Shown here piece after piece: positions 1 through 10,645 of a stretch of DNA of 48,469 bases. The stretch covers positions 1 to 48,469 of the forward strand of contig JAHLWP010000034.1 in assembly GCA_019057865.1 (NCBI GenBank), given 5' to 3'. Each line of letters starts with the position of its first letter. Positions within the stretch are counted from its first letter, which is position 1. A program made the position numbers and the translations under genes. The stretch is from Promethearchaeota archaeon (GTDB lineage: Archaea > Asgardarchaeota > Lokiarchaeia > Sigyniarchaeales > SOKP01). The notes below the pieces were generated by a model, which saw only the letters and a list, made by a program, of their open reading frames with translations, was not told the origin of the DNA and did not search any database.

Positions 1-105
1 GAAAATTGGAGAAATCATAGGAAAAAAGAATTAGCTCCTTCTGGTTTGCTAGGTCCTGTTGTAATAAAGCCTATACCTTTAGTTAAAATTATTGATATTA
101 AATGA
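1..105 (+). CDS. 3' end of a gene truncated by the window edge, probably a glycoside hydrolase (GH2/GH106-type sugar-binding C-terminus)
   Basis: Frame 1 reads ENWRNHRKKELAPSGLLGPVVIKPIPLVKIIDIK*; SGLLGPV is a typical C-terminal motif of these hydrolases. Confidence 0.5.
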   Translation, partial: ENWRNHRKKELAPSGLLGPVVIKPIPLVKIIDIK

Positions 106-192
106 TTATAACTTCATTCTCGAGTAGTAAAAAATTAATGATTTCTAATTTATTAATAAATTATAAATAAATTAAGACATAAATTTATTATT

Positions 193-1014
193 ATGCCATT
201 TGCAGAAGTTAATGGAACCCAATTATATTATGAAATTCATGGTGATGGATACCCAATATTCATGCTTCACGGATATGGAGCTACAAGTAAAGTTTGGGTT
301 GGTCAGATTGGGGCTCTTTCTGAACACTTTAAAGTGATAATATATGATCAGCGAAGTGCTGGGAAATCAGATCACCCCACAGATGATTATACGCTCGACT
401 CATTAGTAGAAGATTTAAAAAGATTAATGAATTTTTTAAAAGTGGATAAGACTCATCTTATAGGGCAATCTATGGGGGGTTGGGTATCTCAGAATTTTAC
501 ATTAAAATATCCGGATAAAGTAAATAAGCTCGTGTTAATAGGCACAAATCATAAAGGGGCAGGGGTGCATATTTTCAAGGAAACTTTAATTGACCTTTAT
601 GAACTTGCGAAAACTAATAAAGAAGAAGCTTTTTGGAAATATGGGAAAATGATGCACCATCGAAGATTTTTGAAAGAAATGCAAACAGATCCAAAGAAAA
701 AGTTCTATGGTTTATGGTCAGCTGAAGATTTAATAGAAGAATTTACCAATAATCGAATGACTCCCGAAGATTATGAGCGTCTCGCTAAAGCGGGTGCTAT
801 GCATAATCTCTTAGATCGATTATCTGAATTAAAACATCCTACAATAATAATTGGTGGTAGTAATGATAGAATATCTCCAAAATTAGTCTTAGATGAAATG
901 CTTGATGTATTGCCTAATAGTAAACTAGAACTCATTGATAAAGCAGGTCATCATGTTTTTATTGAGGAAGCACTAAAAGTTAATCAATTAATCTTCAATT
1001 TTTTAAATGAATAA
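193..1014 (+). CDS. alpha/beta fold hydrolase
   Basis: HG oxyanion motif, YDQRSAGKS, nucleophile elbow GQSMGG, Asp (SND) and His (AGHH). Confidence 0.9.
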   Translation: MPFAEVNGTQLYYEIHGDGYPIFMLHGYGATSKVWVGQIGALSEHFKVIIYDQRSAGKSDHPTDDYTLDSLVEDLKRLMNFLKVDKTHLIGQSMGGWVSQNFTLKYPDKVNKLVLIGTNHKGAGVHIFKETLIDLYELAKTNKEEAFWKYGKMMHHRRFLKEMQTDPKKKFYGLWSAEDLIEEFTNNRMTPEDYERLAKAGAMHNLLDRLSELKHPTIIIGGSNDRISPKLVLDEMLDVLPNSKLELIDKAGHHVFIEEALKVNQLIFNFLNE

Positions 1015-1058
1015 TTATTTTTTTTTTTTAAAAAAATTCGTCTTTTGGAGTTTTATCT

Positions 1059-2228
1059 ATGTATGACGTAATAATATCAGGCGCCGGTCCAGCTGGTTCA
1101 AAATGTGCTGAGATTGTAGCAAAAAGTGGATTTAAAGTCGCATTAATAGAAAAAGATACGAACTGGAGAAAACCATGTGGAGGTATAGTAAGTTCAAGAA
1201 TTTTTAAGTATTACCCTCAACTTCGCAAATCTAACTTCCAGCAAATATTTAGCATTTCAATGTATTCTCCAGATTTCTACAATTTCAGATATTCATGGAA
1301 AAATATGTTGGATCCTGCTATTAATGTAGATAGACTTGAATTTGATGATACCATTAGAAATGTTGCTATAGACTCAGGAGCAGAATTATTTGATAATCAC
1401 ATTTCTTTTGATTTTATAACAAAAGATAACCAGAATATAGGAATAAAAACTAGAACTCCTTCTGGTATAAAAGAATATTTAGGTAAAATTATTATAATTG
1501 CTGATGGAATGAGTTCCAAATTAGCTATTAAGTCTGGATTAAGAGAAAAGTGGAAAACTAAGGAAATTTATACTTGTAAATGTGCAATAATGGAAGGAAA
1601 AAACTTATTAGATAAAGAGTGCAATTACTTCTTTTTTAGACCATATAAAGGATATGGATGGATAATTCCTCTTAATGATAATAAATTTAATATTGGCGCT
1701 GGTTTAGCAAAAGAAGCTAATGTAAGCTTTAACGTAAATGAAATATATAGTGAATTTTTGCATGATTCCAATATTAAGAAATTTCTTCCAAGTTTAAATT
1801 ATAAAGAAATATGGAAAGCGGCTTATCCATTACCTGCTTTAGGAGTAAAAGAAAAATGTTTATTTGGGGATAATATTATGATTATCGGAGATGCAGCCGG
1901 TTTTGTTTCTCCTATTAGTGGTGAAGGAATACACGCGAGTATTGTGTCTGGTAACATTGCAGCTGAAACAGCTATTATGGCTCTTGCTAATGAAAAAATC
2001 TCAAGAGAGACTCTAAGAAGATACAAATCACATCCCTATATTAAAAAAATTATAAGAAATTTTAAGTTAAAAACTGCAATAGCAAATTTCTTTTTTGAAA
2101 ATAAAGGACGTAACCTTTCTAAGATGTTTCAATTAGCTGAAAAAGAAGAGAACTTTAGAGATGAACTAGTAAACATGTTTTTATTCAATCAAGCACCTTC
2201 AAAAGATTTTCTTTTAAAGCTGAAATGA
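1059..2228 (+). CDS. geranylgeranyl reductase family FAD oxidoreductase (DGGGPL reductase-like)
   Basis: GAGPAG, KPCGG, IIADG, YGWIIP, IGDAAGFVSPISGEGI. Confidence 0.88.
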   Translation: MYDVIISGAGPAGSKCAEIVAKSGFKVALIEKDTNWRKPCGGIVSSRIFKYYPQLRKSNFQQIFSISMYSPDFYNFRYSWKNMLDPAINVDRLEFDDTIRNVAIDSGAELFDNHISFDFITKDNQNIGIKTRTPSGIKEYLGKIIIIADGMSSKLAIKSGLREKWKTKEIYTCKCAIMEGKNLLDKECNYFFFRPYKGYGWIIPLNDNKFNIGAGLAKEANVSFNVNEIYSEFLHDSNIKKFLPSLNYKEIWKAAYPLPALGVKEKCLFGDNIMIIGDAAGFVSPISGEGIHASIVSGNIAAETAIMALANEKISRETLRRYKSHPYIKKIIRNFKLKTAIANFFFENKGRNLSKMFQLAEKEENFRDELVNMFLFNQAPSKDFLLKLK

Positions 2229-2307
2229 AATTCGAATAAAAAGTTCGATATTAGGGAAGTATAATTTTTAAAATAATTTTAAAGTAATAATAAATAATTC
2301 TATTTTA

Positions 2308-3237
2308 ATGGCTGAGCTAATAGGATTTATTCTAACAATTGATGCAATATTTACATGGGCTTTAGCCTCCTTAGTATATAAGTGGGCTCTCGGAAAAACC
2401 CCAGCTAAAGGAAATTTATTTTTTCGTCTTTGCTGTACTAGTGTTGGAACATTTCTTTTCTCATTAGCTTTTGGTAATTATTTATTTCTTAAAAACCTTA
2501 ATGAACAAGAACTAATTGGTTATCTTATAGCTTGTATTATATCTGGTCTAAGTGTTACTATTGGAGATTTATTTTATTATATGTCTCTGAAAAGGATCGA
2601 TTCTTCAAGAGCATATCCACTTGTCCAACTTTCACTTCTTTTTGTATATCCCTTTTCTTTTATCTTTTTTGATGAAGAGATCACCTTTTCAATCCTAATA
2701 GGAGGTCTTATAATTCTTTCGAGTGTGTTTATCTTAAGTTCTAAGGATAAACCTGAAAATAGTAATTCTATCAACGAGGATAAATCTCCAGAAAAATTAA
2801 TATTAGGAGTAATATTAGCAATAGGAACTGCTTTTTTTTGGGCTCTTGCAATAGTTTCATTTAATCAGGCAAGGATTATAACTGGAGATGTATTTGTAAC
2901 AAACTTCTTTAGGGTAAGTTTTGCGATGATAGTTATTGGATTATTAGGATTATTTCAAAGGGAATATTTTGATGGCTTTAAAAAAGAAAATAGAAAAAAT
3001 TTGAAATATTTCATATATATTGGAATGGGGGGCATATTATCTCTTGGATTTGCTGATACTTTATTTTATAAAGCAGCAGGAATCAATGGTTTAGTTTTAA
3101 CCTCCACATTTACTGTAAATACTCCACTGATTCAACAAATTTTTTCAATACTTATTTTAAAGGAGAAATTTCGGAAAAGATTTATATTAGCAGTATTTTT
3201 AATGATCGCAGGTAATTATATTATCTTGTTTTTATAG
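2308..3237 (+). CDS. DMT/EamA family transporter
   Basis: About 10 TM helices in two repeats; ILKEKF-type repeat end. Confidence 0.85.
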   Translation: MAELIGFILTIDAIFTWALASLVYKWALGKTPAKGNLFFRLCCTSVGTFLFSLAFGNYLFLKNLNEQELIGYLIACIISGLSVTIGDLFYYMSLKRIDSSRAYPLVQLSLLFVYPFSFIFFDEEITFSILIGGLIILSSVFILSSKDKPENSNSINEDKSPEKLILGVILAIGTAFFWALAIVSFNQARIITGDVFVTNFFRVSFAMIVIGLLGLFQREYFDGFKKENRKNLKYFIYIGMGGILSLGFADTLFYKAAGINGLVLTSTFTVNTPLIQQIFSILILKEKFRKRFILAVFLMIAGNYIILFL

Positions 3238-3256
3238 AGATGGAGGATTTAAGACT

Positions 3257-4282
3257 ATGATCAAAATAGAAATAATTCTATTAACTAATAATGTAGTTCT
3301 CCCCTTTCACAATCTGAAATATGATCACGGTTTAGAATTTACTGAGTTAAATAGATTATATACTACTCGTTCTTTGGCCGAACATGGTTTAGGATTTTTG
3401 ATTAACGTATATGACGTACATGATTCACAAGATAAAGAAAATTATAAACTTATAAAAAAAATAATATTCGATACAGGGGGTCCAAATTTAACTTTCTTGC
3501 ATAATTTGGATGTCCGAGGTTATACTTTATATGATATAGACTATATACTATTGTCACATTGGCATTATGACCATGTTGGAGCTCTTTATAAAATTTTAGA
3601 AAAAATTGAAAAGAGAATTCCAATAATAAGTCACGATAGTTCAAAATATGAGAGATTTCACAGAAGATCAAGAGATCTTAGAAAGGATGATTTATTAGGT
3701 AAAAGAAGAGAGGAAATATTACATTTATTGTCAGAATCAAAAATAATAAACCAAGAACCTATTAATGTTAAAACTATAAATAACTTAAATGGAGAGGTGA
3801 TTTTTACAAAGGATCCTTATGAATTACTAAATAGGGATGAATTAAAAATTATTTTATCAGGAGAAATACCAAGGATTCATAATGATGAAGATGTTGACAG
3901 TGCATTATCACTACAGGACGATGTTCTCAAAACAGACAAAATTCTGGATGATAAATGCTTAATATTTGAATTTAAGGATAAAGTCATTTTATTAAATGGT
4001 TGTTGCCATTCTGGTCTCAAAAATACATTAGATTATGTGAAGCAAATAACAAATAAACCTATAAGTCATATTATTGGGGGCCTCCATATGGCAGGTGCCT
4101 CAGATAATAGAATTAAAACGACAATTAAATATTTGAGGACATTTCAAGAATTTGATAATATTTTATATATCTTTCCTATTCATTGTTCTGGTGAAAAATT
4201 TATTAGAGAAATAAACAAAATAAATACCCCCCAAATAAAAGGTTTCAATCTTAGCGTAGGGACAGTGTTTACTTTCTATTGA
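3257..4282 (+). CDS. MBL-fold metallo-hydrolase (MJ0301/MJ0448-like)
   Basis: AEHGLG, FDTG, SHWHYDH, GCCHSG, GGLHM, HCSG motifs. Confidence 0.85.
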   Translation: MIKIEIILLTNNVVLPFHNLKYDHGLEFTELNRLYTTRSLAEHGLGFLINVYDVHDSQDKENYKLIKKIIFDTGGPNLTFLHNLDVRGYTLYDIDYILLSHWHYDHVGALYKILEKIEKRIPIISHDSSKYERFHRRSRDLRKDDLLGKRREEILHLLSESKIINQEPINVKTINNLNGEVIFTKDPYELLNRDELKIILSGEIPRIHNDEDVDSALSLQDDVLKTDKILDDKCLIFEFKDKVILLNGCCHSGLKNTLDYVKQITNKPISHIIGGLHMAGASDNRIKTTIKYLRTFQEFDNILYIFPIHCSGEKFIREINKINTPQIKGFNLSVGTVFTFY

Positions 4283-4420
4283 ATTATGATAATATTTATA
4301 TAATTAGTTGAAGAAATAAAGAACAAGGATTTATTGATAATTAACAATTTCAACCATAAAAATAATAATATAAAAAACAAAAGTATATAATAGACTTTAT
4401 TCTGCAAATGGAGAATAAAA

Positions 4421-5098
4421 ATGCCACCCCTAAACGTAATAATTTTAAATAGAGGAAAAGTAAGAGCTGATGATTTTATTATTATTTCAATAATTGGTAC
4501 CTTTATTGTCCAAGCATTATTCTTTAAGTTGATTGCCTTAATGTCAATCATAGTTTTCCCTATGTTTACATTATTCCTTTATGGGATATATAAATTAATT
4601 TTAGGTTTGCTTAAAAAAGGTAAAGAAAATGTGAAAGATTTATTAATGGGTGTATTTTCAATCCCATTTGGATTATTTATTCTTATTAATATTTTTTCAC
4701 AACCTCATATATCAAGAGGATATATAATCTATTTTATAGCTATCCCAATAATGATTATTGGATTTGCAGGAATAATAAAAGGATTTCTTATTGAAGTTTA
4801 TTCAACCTTTCATCGAGCCATAAACATAATAATTGGTATAATAACTTTAATTGAAACTACTTTTGCATATATTATCTCAGAGACCTTATTTTTATTCCAT
4901 ATCCTTTTACTAGGTAGTATGCTTTTATTCAATGGGATCGCGAGAACAGCGCTATATTTAAGTGAATATAGAATATCAATAATACATTTAAGAAATTTAG
5001 TAATTTTGAAATTTCTTTTTCAAATAATCTCAGAAGTTCCAATCGAATTAGTCTCAGAAGACGTTTTAGAATATGAAGAAAATAAACTAAACAAATAG
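4421..5098 (+). CDS. hypothetical multi-pass membrane protein (DUF308/HdeD-like)
   Basis: About 6 hydrophobic helices; GGAG upstream of the ATG. Confidence 0.6.
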   Translation: MPPLNVIILNRGKVRADDFIIISIIGTFIVQALFFKLIALMSIIVFPMFTLFLYGIYKLILGLLKKGKENVKDLLMGVFSIPFGLFILINIFSQPHISRGYIIYFIAIPIMIIGFAGIIKGFLIEVYSTFHRAINIIIGIITLIETTFAYIISETLFLFHILLLGSMLLFNGIARTALYLSEYRISIIHLRNLVILKFLFQIISEVPIELVSEDVLEYEENKLNK

Positions 5099-5260
5099 AT
5101 AATACTTTTTATAAGATTTTTTATAACCTATCTATACATTTTACTCTATTAAATAATTATTTAGATATTCATAAAAGAGAAATAATAAAAATTATATCGA
5201 ATCATATTAAACTAAGTATTAAATTAAAACACTTTTAGTAAATTTAAGAAATGATGAGCT

Positions 5261-6373
5261 ATGACCGATATTCATTTTAATAAAGAGAAAGGTTCTCAAT
5301 TAAAATTATTTACTCCAGGACCAGTTCATGTTCCAGAAAGAGTTCTGAAAGAGTTAGCAAAACCAAATGATACACATAGATCTCAAGCTTATTCAGAGAT
5401 GCATCAAATCGCAACAGAAGGACTTCAAAAGTTGCTTTTTACTAAAAACGAATGTTTAATATTTACATCAAGTGCTACAGGTATCATGGAAGCTTGTGTC
5501 AGAAATTTAGTGAAGGATGATGAAAAAGCGTTATTTTTTTCAATTGGGGCTTTTGGAGATCGATGGTACAATATAGGAGTAACGAACGGAAAGAATTCTG
5601 TTAAAGAGGGTGTTGAATGGGGCAAGGCAATAACCCCTGAATTTGCTCAAGAAGCATTAGATAAAGACAATTATTCAGTAGTTTTTATTCAATCAAATGA
5701 AACATCCACTGGAGTTTATAATCCAATTGATGAAGTAGTACCAATTGTTAAGGACACAGGTGCTTTAATATGTGTGGATGCTACTTCTTCAATGGCAGGA
5801 GTAAAAGTGGATGTTGATAGGTTAGGTATAGATGTTTGTTTAGCCTCCGTTCAAAAATGTTTTGCTTTACCACCAGGTCTTGCTGTTTGTTCTGTTTCTC
5901 ATGCCACTTTCGAGAAAGCAGCAGAAGTGAAAAATAGAGGTTTATATTTTGATTTTATTGAATTGAAAAAAAGAAGCGCTAAGCATCAAACTCCAACAAC
6001 TCCACCTATACCACAAATAAGAGGTTTAACTACTCAATTAGATTATATTCTAAATAAAGAAGGTGTGGAGAAAAGATTTGAAAGACATGAACAACTTGGA
6101 AAACGAACACGCGAATGGGTTCGCGATATGGACCTTAAAATGTTTCCTGAGAAAGGATATGAATCAAATACGGTTTCTACCATAAGCAACTCTTTAAATC
6201 TTGATATTCCTAAAATGGTTTCTAAACTCTTAGAAAAGGGATACCGAATTGTTAATGGTTACGGACAACTCGTAAATAAAACATATCGGATTGGGCATAT
6301 GGGGGAAATCCAAATTAAAGATCTTGAAGAAATGTTAAAAGATCTTACGGAGATTATAAACGAGTTAAAATAA
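5261..6373 (+). CDS. class V PLP aminotransferase (serine-pyruvate / archaeal phosphoserine aminotransferase type)
   Basis: FTPGP, NETSTG, VDATSS, SVQKCFALPPG, RIGHMG; adjacent to serA. Confidence 0.88.
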   Translation: MTDIHFNKEKGSQLKLFTPGPVHVPERVLKELAKPNDTHRSQAYSEMHQIATEGLQKLLFTKNECLIFTSSATGIMEACVRNLVKDDEKALFFSIGAFGDRWYNIGVTNGKNSVKEGVEWGKAITPEFAQEALDKDNYSVVFIQSNETSTGVYNPIDEVVPIVKDTGALICVDATSSMAGVKVDVDRLGIDVCLASVQKCFALPPGLAVCSVSHATFEKAAEVKNRGLYFDFIELKKRSAKHQTPTTPPIPQIRGLTTQLDYILNKEGVEKRFERHEQLGKRTREWVRDMDLKMFPEKGYESNTVSTISNSLNLDIPKMVSKLLEKGYRIVNGYGQLVNKTYRIGHMGEIQIKDLEEMLKDLTEIINELK

Positions 6374-6532
6374 AAATAAATTAGTAATTAGTTTATTTAT
6401 CAAAATTATTATATTTCTTCTAAATATTTTTCTAAAAAAAGCTAATTTAATTAAAGATGGACTTTAATAAAATAACACAAACTCTTTATAGATGTGTAAA
6501 CTAAAAAAAATATTCAATTTAATTAAATCCAT

Positions 6533-7477
6533 GTGATGCAAATGAAAATATTAATTAGCGATAAACTCCAAGATGAAGGTATCAAAATCTTAGAAGATAA
6601 TGGATTTGAGGTCATTAAAAATTTCAATATAACCAAAGAAGAACTAAAAGAGGAAATAGGAGAATACGATGGCATTGTAATTCGTTCAAGAACTAAGTTA
6701 ACTGCTGATATTTTAGAAAATGCTAAAAACTTAAAAGTTATCGGGAGAGCAGGAGTTGGTTTAGATAATATAGATAGAAAAAAGGCTTCTGAATTGAATA
6801 TCGGGGTTTTAAATACACCTGAAGCACCTGCTATATCCGTTGCAGAATTAGCATTAGGAATGATGCTAGCGCTAGCAAGAAAAATTGCTCATGCAGATCG
6901 TACAATGCATCAAGGCAAATGGAACAAAAATGAATATCTAGGATTTACATTAGATGGAAAAAAACTGGGATTGTTAGGATTTGGAAATACAGCAAAACAT
7001 TTAGCAAAAATTTCAATTGCTATGGGAATGAGTGTTGGTGTTTATTCTAGATTTAGTAAAGGTCAAGTAGCTATTGATGAAGCGAAAGAAGTTGGATGTT
7101 TAATTTATCCTTCAGTTGAGGATCTATTAAAAAATGCTCAGATTATATCACTACATCTTCCGTCTACACCACAAACTGAAAATATAATCAATGAGGATAG
7201 AATAAAACTTATGAGAAAAGATGCAATAATTATTAATACAGCAAGAGGCAATTTAATTGATGAAAAAGCTTTATTAAAAGCTTTAAAAAACAAAGACATT
7301 GCTGGGGCAGCCCTTGATGTTTATCGTGAAGAACCCTTAAAAGATCAAGAATTGATTAATTGGGATGAGAATTTAGTACTTACACCTCATATAGCTAGCC
7401 AAAGTATCGAAAATCAGTCTGCCGCCGCTACTATGATAGCCAAAAAAATGTCAGATTTTCTAAAAAAAAGTAAATAA
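6533..7477 (+). CDS. serA: D-3-phosphoglycerate dehydrogenase (short form, no ACT domain); true start may be the ATG a few codons in
   Basis: RAGVGLDNID, SVAE, INTARG, ALDVY.EEP, TPHIA. Confidence 0.82.
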   Translation: MMQMKILISDKLQDEGIKILEDNGFEVIKNFNITKEELKEEIGEYDGIVIRSRTKLTADILENAKNLKVIGRAGVGLDNIDRKKASELNIGVLNTPEAPAISVAELALGMMLALARKIAHADRTMHQGKWNKNEYLGFTLDGKKLGLLGFGNTAKHLAKISIAMGMSVGVYSRFSKGQVAIDEAKEVGCLIYPSVEDLLKNAQIISLHLPSTPQTENIINEDRIKLMRKDAIIINTARGNLIDEKALLKALKNKDIAGAALDVYREEPLKDQELINWDENLVLTPHIASQSIENQSAAATMIAKKMSDFLKKSK

Positions 7478-7485
7478 TTTTTTTT

Positions 7486-8688
7486 TTAAATTTCCTTTAA
7501 ATCATGCAGAACTAAGCCCGAAAGAACTTTTGGGTCAAACCATGTAGATTTTGGAGGGAGTACTCCTCTTTCTTCTGCGATAAATTCTATATCTCTGATA
7601 TCTACTGGATATAAATTAATAAATAAATCATTTCCTTCGCTAGTTATGTATTTTTCCATTTCTCTTGGATCCTGTAAACCTCCAATAAAGAAAAGATTTT
7701 CATCAGCACGAGGATCCTTTATGCCTAAAATAGGCTCCAAAACTCTATCTTGGAGGATACTTACATCCAAACTATCTTTCTTAGTGGTAAATTTTCTTTC
7801 CTTAACCATAAGTTTATACCATTTACCTTTCAAACAGATAGCCATCTCATTCTTCTTCTCTGGATTAAATGGTTTTTTCATAGGGTTTATGTTGAAATGA
7901 TCCTCTAATTTTTTTAAAAAATCGGTTTCAGATAATGGGAGTTTTTTAATCACACGATTATATGCCAAAATACGAATTTGGTCGTCAGATGCTACATAAG
8001 ATAATAAATAATGCCAAGGAGCTCCATTAGCTTTTTCTAAAACAGACTTTTTCAATTGTATCTTACGATATTCTGCAGCACTAGCGGCTCTATGATGTCC
8101 ATCAGCAATGTAAACTTTTTCGTTCTTAAATAAGTCTTTTAGTTTTTGTATTACCGTCTGATCCGTTTCTTGCCATAGCAGATGTCGATATCCATATTTC
8201 TTAAAATCAAATTTCGGTTTTTTTTGCTTTATTTGCTCAATTAAATCATTAATTTCATTATTAGTTTGAAAAACTGTCCATACTAAACCTGCCGCAACAT
8301 TAGAAGCAATAATATGATTAGTACGGTCTTTAAGCGGTTTTTCACGGGTGTGTTCATGTTTTACAATATTTCCATCTTCATAATCCTGAAGAGAAATCCC
8401 CAATATCAATCCTTGATGACTAAATTGAGCAGATTCTTGTCGATAGACAAAAATACTTGGTTTTTCTTCTTTTTTAATTACCTTGTTCTTTTTAAACTCT
8501 CTATAGGCTTTACCAGCATTTTTATAAATTTCTTCAGCCGTTCCTTCTGGTAAAATGAGATGTATTAATGAATTGGGATTTTTCTTTAACTCTTCCTCTT
8601 CCTCTTTACTTATAACATCATACGGATTAGTACAAAATTCTTCTGGATCTGAAGGAATATACGGTCTTATTGGAAAAATTAATACCAT
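7486..8688 (-). CDS. DUF1015 family protein (ParB/Srx-like fold)
   Basis: PYDVI, HEHT, IADGHHR, PPKSTWFDPK..SGL. Confidence 0.88.
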   Translation of the reverse strand: MVLIFPIRPYIPSDPEEFCTNPYDVISKEEEEELKKNPNSLIHLILPEGTAEEIYKNAGKAYREFKKNKVIKKEEKPSIFVYRQESAQFSHQGLILGISLQDYEDGNIVKHEHTREKPLKDRTNHIIASNVAAGLVWTVFQTNNEINDLIEQIKQKKPKFDFKKYGYRHLLWQETDQTVIQKLKDLFKNEKVYIADGHHRAASAAEYRKIQLKKSVLEKANGAPWHYLLSYVASDDQIRILAYNRVIKKLPLSETDFLKKLEDHFNINPMKKPFNPEKKNEMAICLKGKWYKLMVKERKFTTKKDSLDVSILQDRVLEPILGIKDPRADENLFFIGGLQDPREMEKYITSEGNDLFINLYPVDIRDIEFIAEERGVLPPKSTWFDPKVLSGLVLHDLKEI

Positions 8689-8866
8689 TATCCTCCGCTC
8701 TGCTGAAATTAATTCTTTTTAAGATTTGATCATATTAATTTCGAAAATTATATAAAATAAATCTCTCATACTAGTTATAAGTTGTGATTTAATAATTTAT
8801 TCTTATACACTAAATTAAAAATATTCTATAAAAACCATTTTTAACCAAATTAAGAGTTAGAGAACG

Positions 8867-9871
8867 ATGTCTAAAGATTTAAGGAATATGTTAGATGATA
8901 TCGAATCTAGTGAGAAAAAAACAGCTGTTTTACAATCAAAAGCAGATAGATTAAAAGAGTTAGTAGAAAAGCAAAATGGGATTATTAGCAATCAAGAAGC
9001 TATAATTGAAGAGCAAAAAGAAAAGATATCTAAAATGTATGATATTCCAGAAGATATATTGGAATTGAAGGAAATAATTGGAGAACAACGTCAACTTCTT
9101 AATGAAAGAGAGGTTGAATTGGAATATTCAAAAGGTGAGGTAGCTCAAGCAAAAAGGGAATTAGAATTGGTCCAAAAGCAAATTATCCCTACACAACACA
9201 AATTAGAAGAAACTTTTGAAACAATTGGAAATTTACGGACAGAATTAGCTGAAAGAAATTCTGAATTAATTCTAAAAAATGAAGCAATCAAGAACTTAGA
9301 AAATAGAATACAAGAGTTACAAGCTTTTACCGATAAATTCAAAGAAGAACAATTAGAAATGATAAAGGAAATGGAAGAAAAACGTAGAAAAGAAACACAA
9401 GAATTAAAAGTTGAGATTGGTAAACTTGATTCATTCTTGTTAGACAGTAAATTAATCTCGACTGAGAAATCTTCAGAAGCAAAAGATATGGCGTCTAGAT
9501 TTGAACAGATTCGAGAAAAATATGAGACCTTAATCAATAAAGTAGGGGAATTAAGTGATAAAAATCGAGAAGCTAACGCAGAGATTCTTAAACTTAAATC
9601 TATAATTGAAGGAACACAAGATGCCGAAGAAACAAGTATTCAAAAAATAAAATATTATGATAAATTAAAACCCTTAATGGAAAGAGAACCTCTTTTTAAA
9701 GCATTCCTAATCGTCGATAAAGTAGGATCGATTTCATTGGAAGATTTACGAAAAGCTCTTGGTTCTCCGATTGTGACAGTAAAAAAGAATATTCAACAAT
9801 TACAAGATATTGGTCTCCTTGAAACTGATGATTTTGGGAAAATTTCAGTTAAGAAAGTTGATGAATTATAA
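8867..9871 (+). CDS. long coiled-coil protein with C-terminal winged helix
   Basis: About 270 aa of heptad-rich E/K/L sequence, then ISLEDLRKALGSPIVTVKKNIQQLQDIGLL. Confidence 0.75.
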   Translation: MSKDLRNMLDDIESSEKKTAVLQSKADRLKELVEKQNGIISNQEAIIEEQKEKISKMYDIPEDILELKEIIGEQRQLLNEREVELEYSKGEVAQAKRELELVQKQIIPTQHKLEETFETIGNLRTELAERNSELILKNEAIKNLENRIQELQAFTDKFKEEQLEMIKEMEEKRRKETQELKVEIGKLDSFLLDSKLISTEKSSEAKDMASRFEQIREKYETLINKVGELSDKNREANAEILKLKSIIEGTQDAEETSIQKIKYYDKLKPLMEREPLFKAFLIVDKVGSISLEDLRKALGSPIVTVKKNIQQLQDIGLLETDDFGKISVKKVDEL

Positions 9872-9896
9872 TTTAAACCTTTCTTTAAATTTTTAT

Positions 9897-10274
9897 TTAG
9901 ATTTTCGCTAAATCTCGATATAAACTTGGTAATAACTTTTTAAATTTACCATCTTCAATTTTATCAAGAATTTCAGCAGCAATCGTTTTTAAAATTTCCC
10001 TATATTTATGAGGTTTCTCATCTCGTCTCAGTATAAGAGCAACAACATAATTTTCGACAGATATATGATCTCTTCCTACTCCAGAGAAAAATGAAACGAC
10101 TTTGTTATTTCTAAGAGAGATGCTTGCGAAACCAGGGTGAAGACTTTGGTACCTGTGGCTAGAGTATACTTGAGTAAGCAAATTATTAGTAATTTTTAAA
10201 TTACCAGGATAAAAGCCTTCATTGATTGGCCCAATCTCATTGTCCCACCGAATTACAAGGATACCCACAGGCAC
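9897..10274 (-). CDS. stand-alone longin/uDENN-like domain protein
   Basis: GTG start with GAGGT upstream; N-terminal ILVIRWDNEIGP...FYP matches the uDENN/NPR2-type longin strand-GP-YP pattern. Confidence 0.65.
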   Translation of the reverse strand: MPVGILVIRWDNEIGPINEGFYPGNLKITNNLLTQVYSSHRYQSLHPGFASISLRNNKVVSFFSGVGRDHISVENYVVALILRRDEKPHKYREILKTIAAEILDKIEDGKFKKLLPSLYRDLAKI

Positions 10275-10645
10275 GATATATACCTCAATCGATATTAAAT
10301 TTTTATAATAAGAAATTATATTCTTGTGATATCTATCTTATCTAATTTCTTATTAATAACTATAATCAATATAATTTTGCTATTATTTTAATATATTTTT
10401 ATTATTTATTTGTTATTATTTTTTTATAAATTTCATTCTTATTGGTTTAATTTTTACTAAATTTATTTTAGTAGTAATTTGTAAATATTGCTCTACTATT
10501 TGAAAAATTTACTTTAAGGGCATAATTTCAAAGTAAAAATTTAAATTAAAACTAAAATTTTTGAATATTGTCCATCAACGCAAATAGAAAATAAAAATCG
10601 TCTCTTAATGTAGGATTACGAGTTTATTTCTATCTCATAAAAAGT

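Noticed and set aside
10275-10645. Long AT-rich intergenic tracts (also 36979-37442) as replication origin or CRISPR array
   Set aside because: No ORB-like or regularly spaced repeats and no cdc6 or cas genes; consistent with divergent promoter regions.
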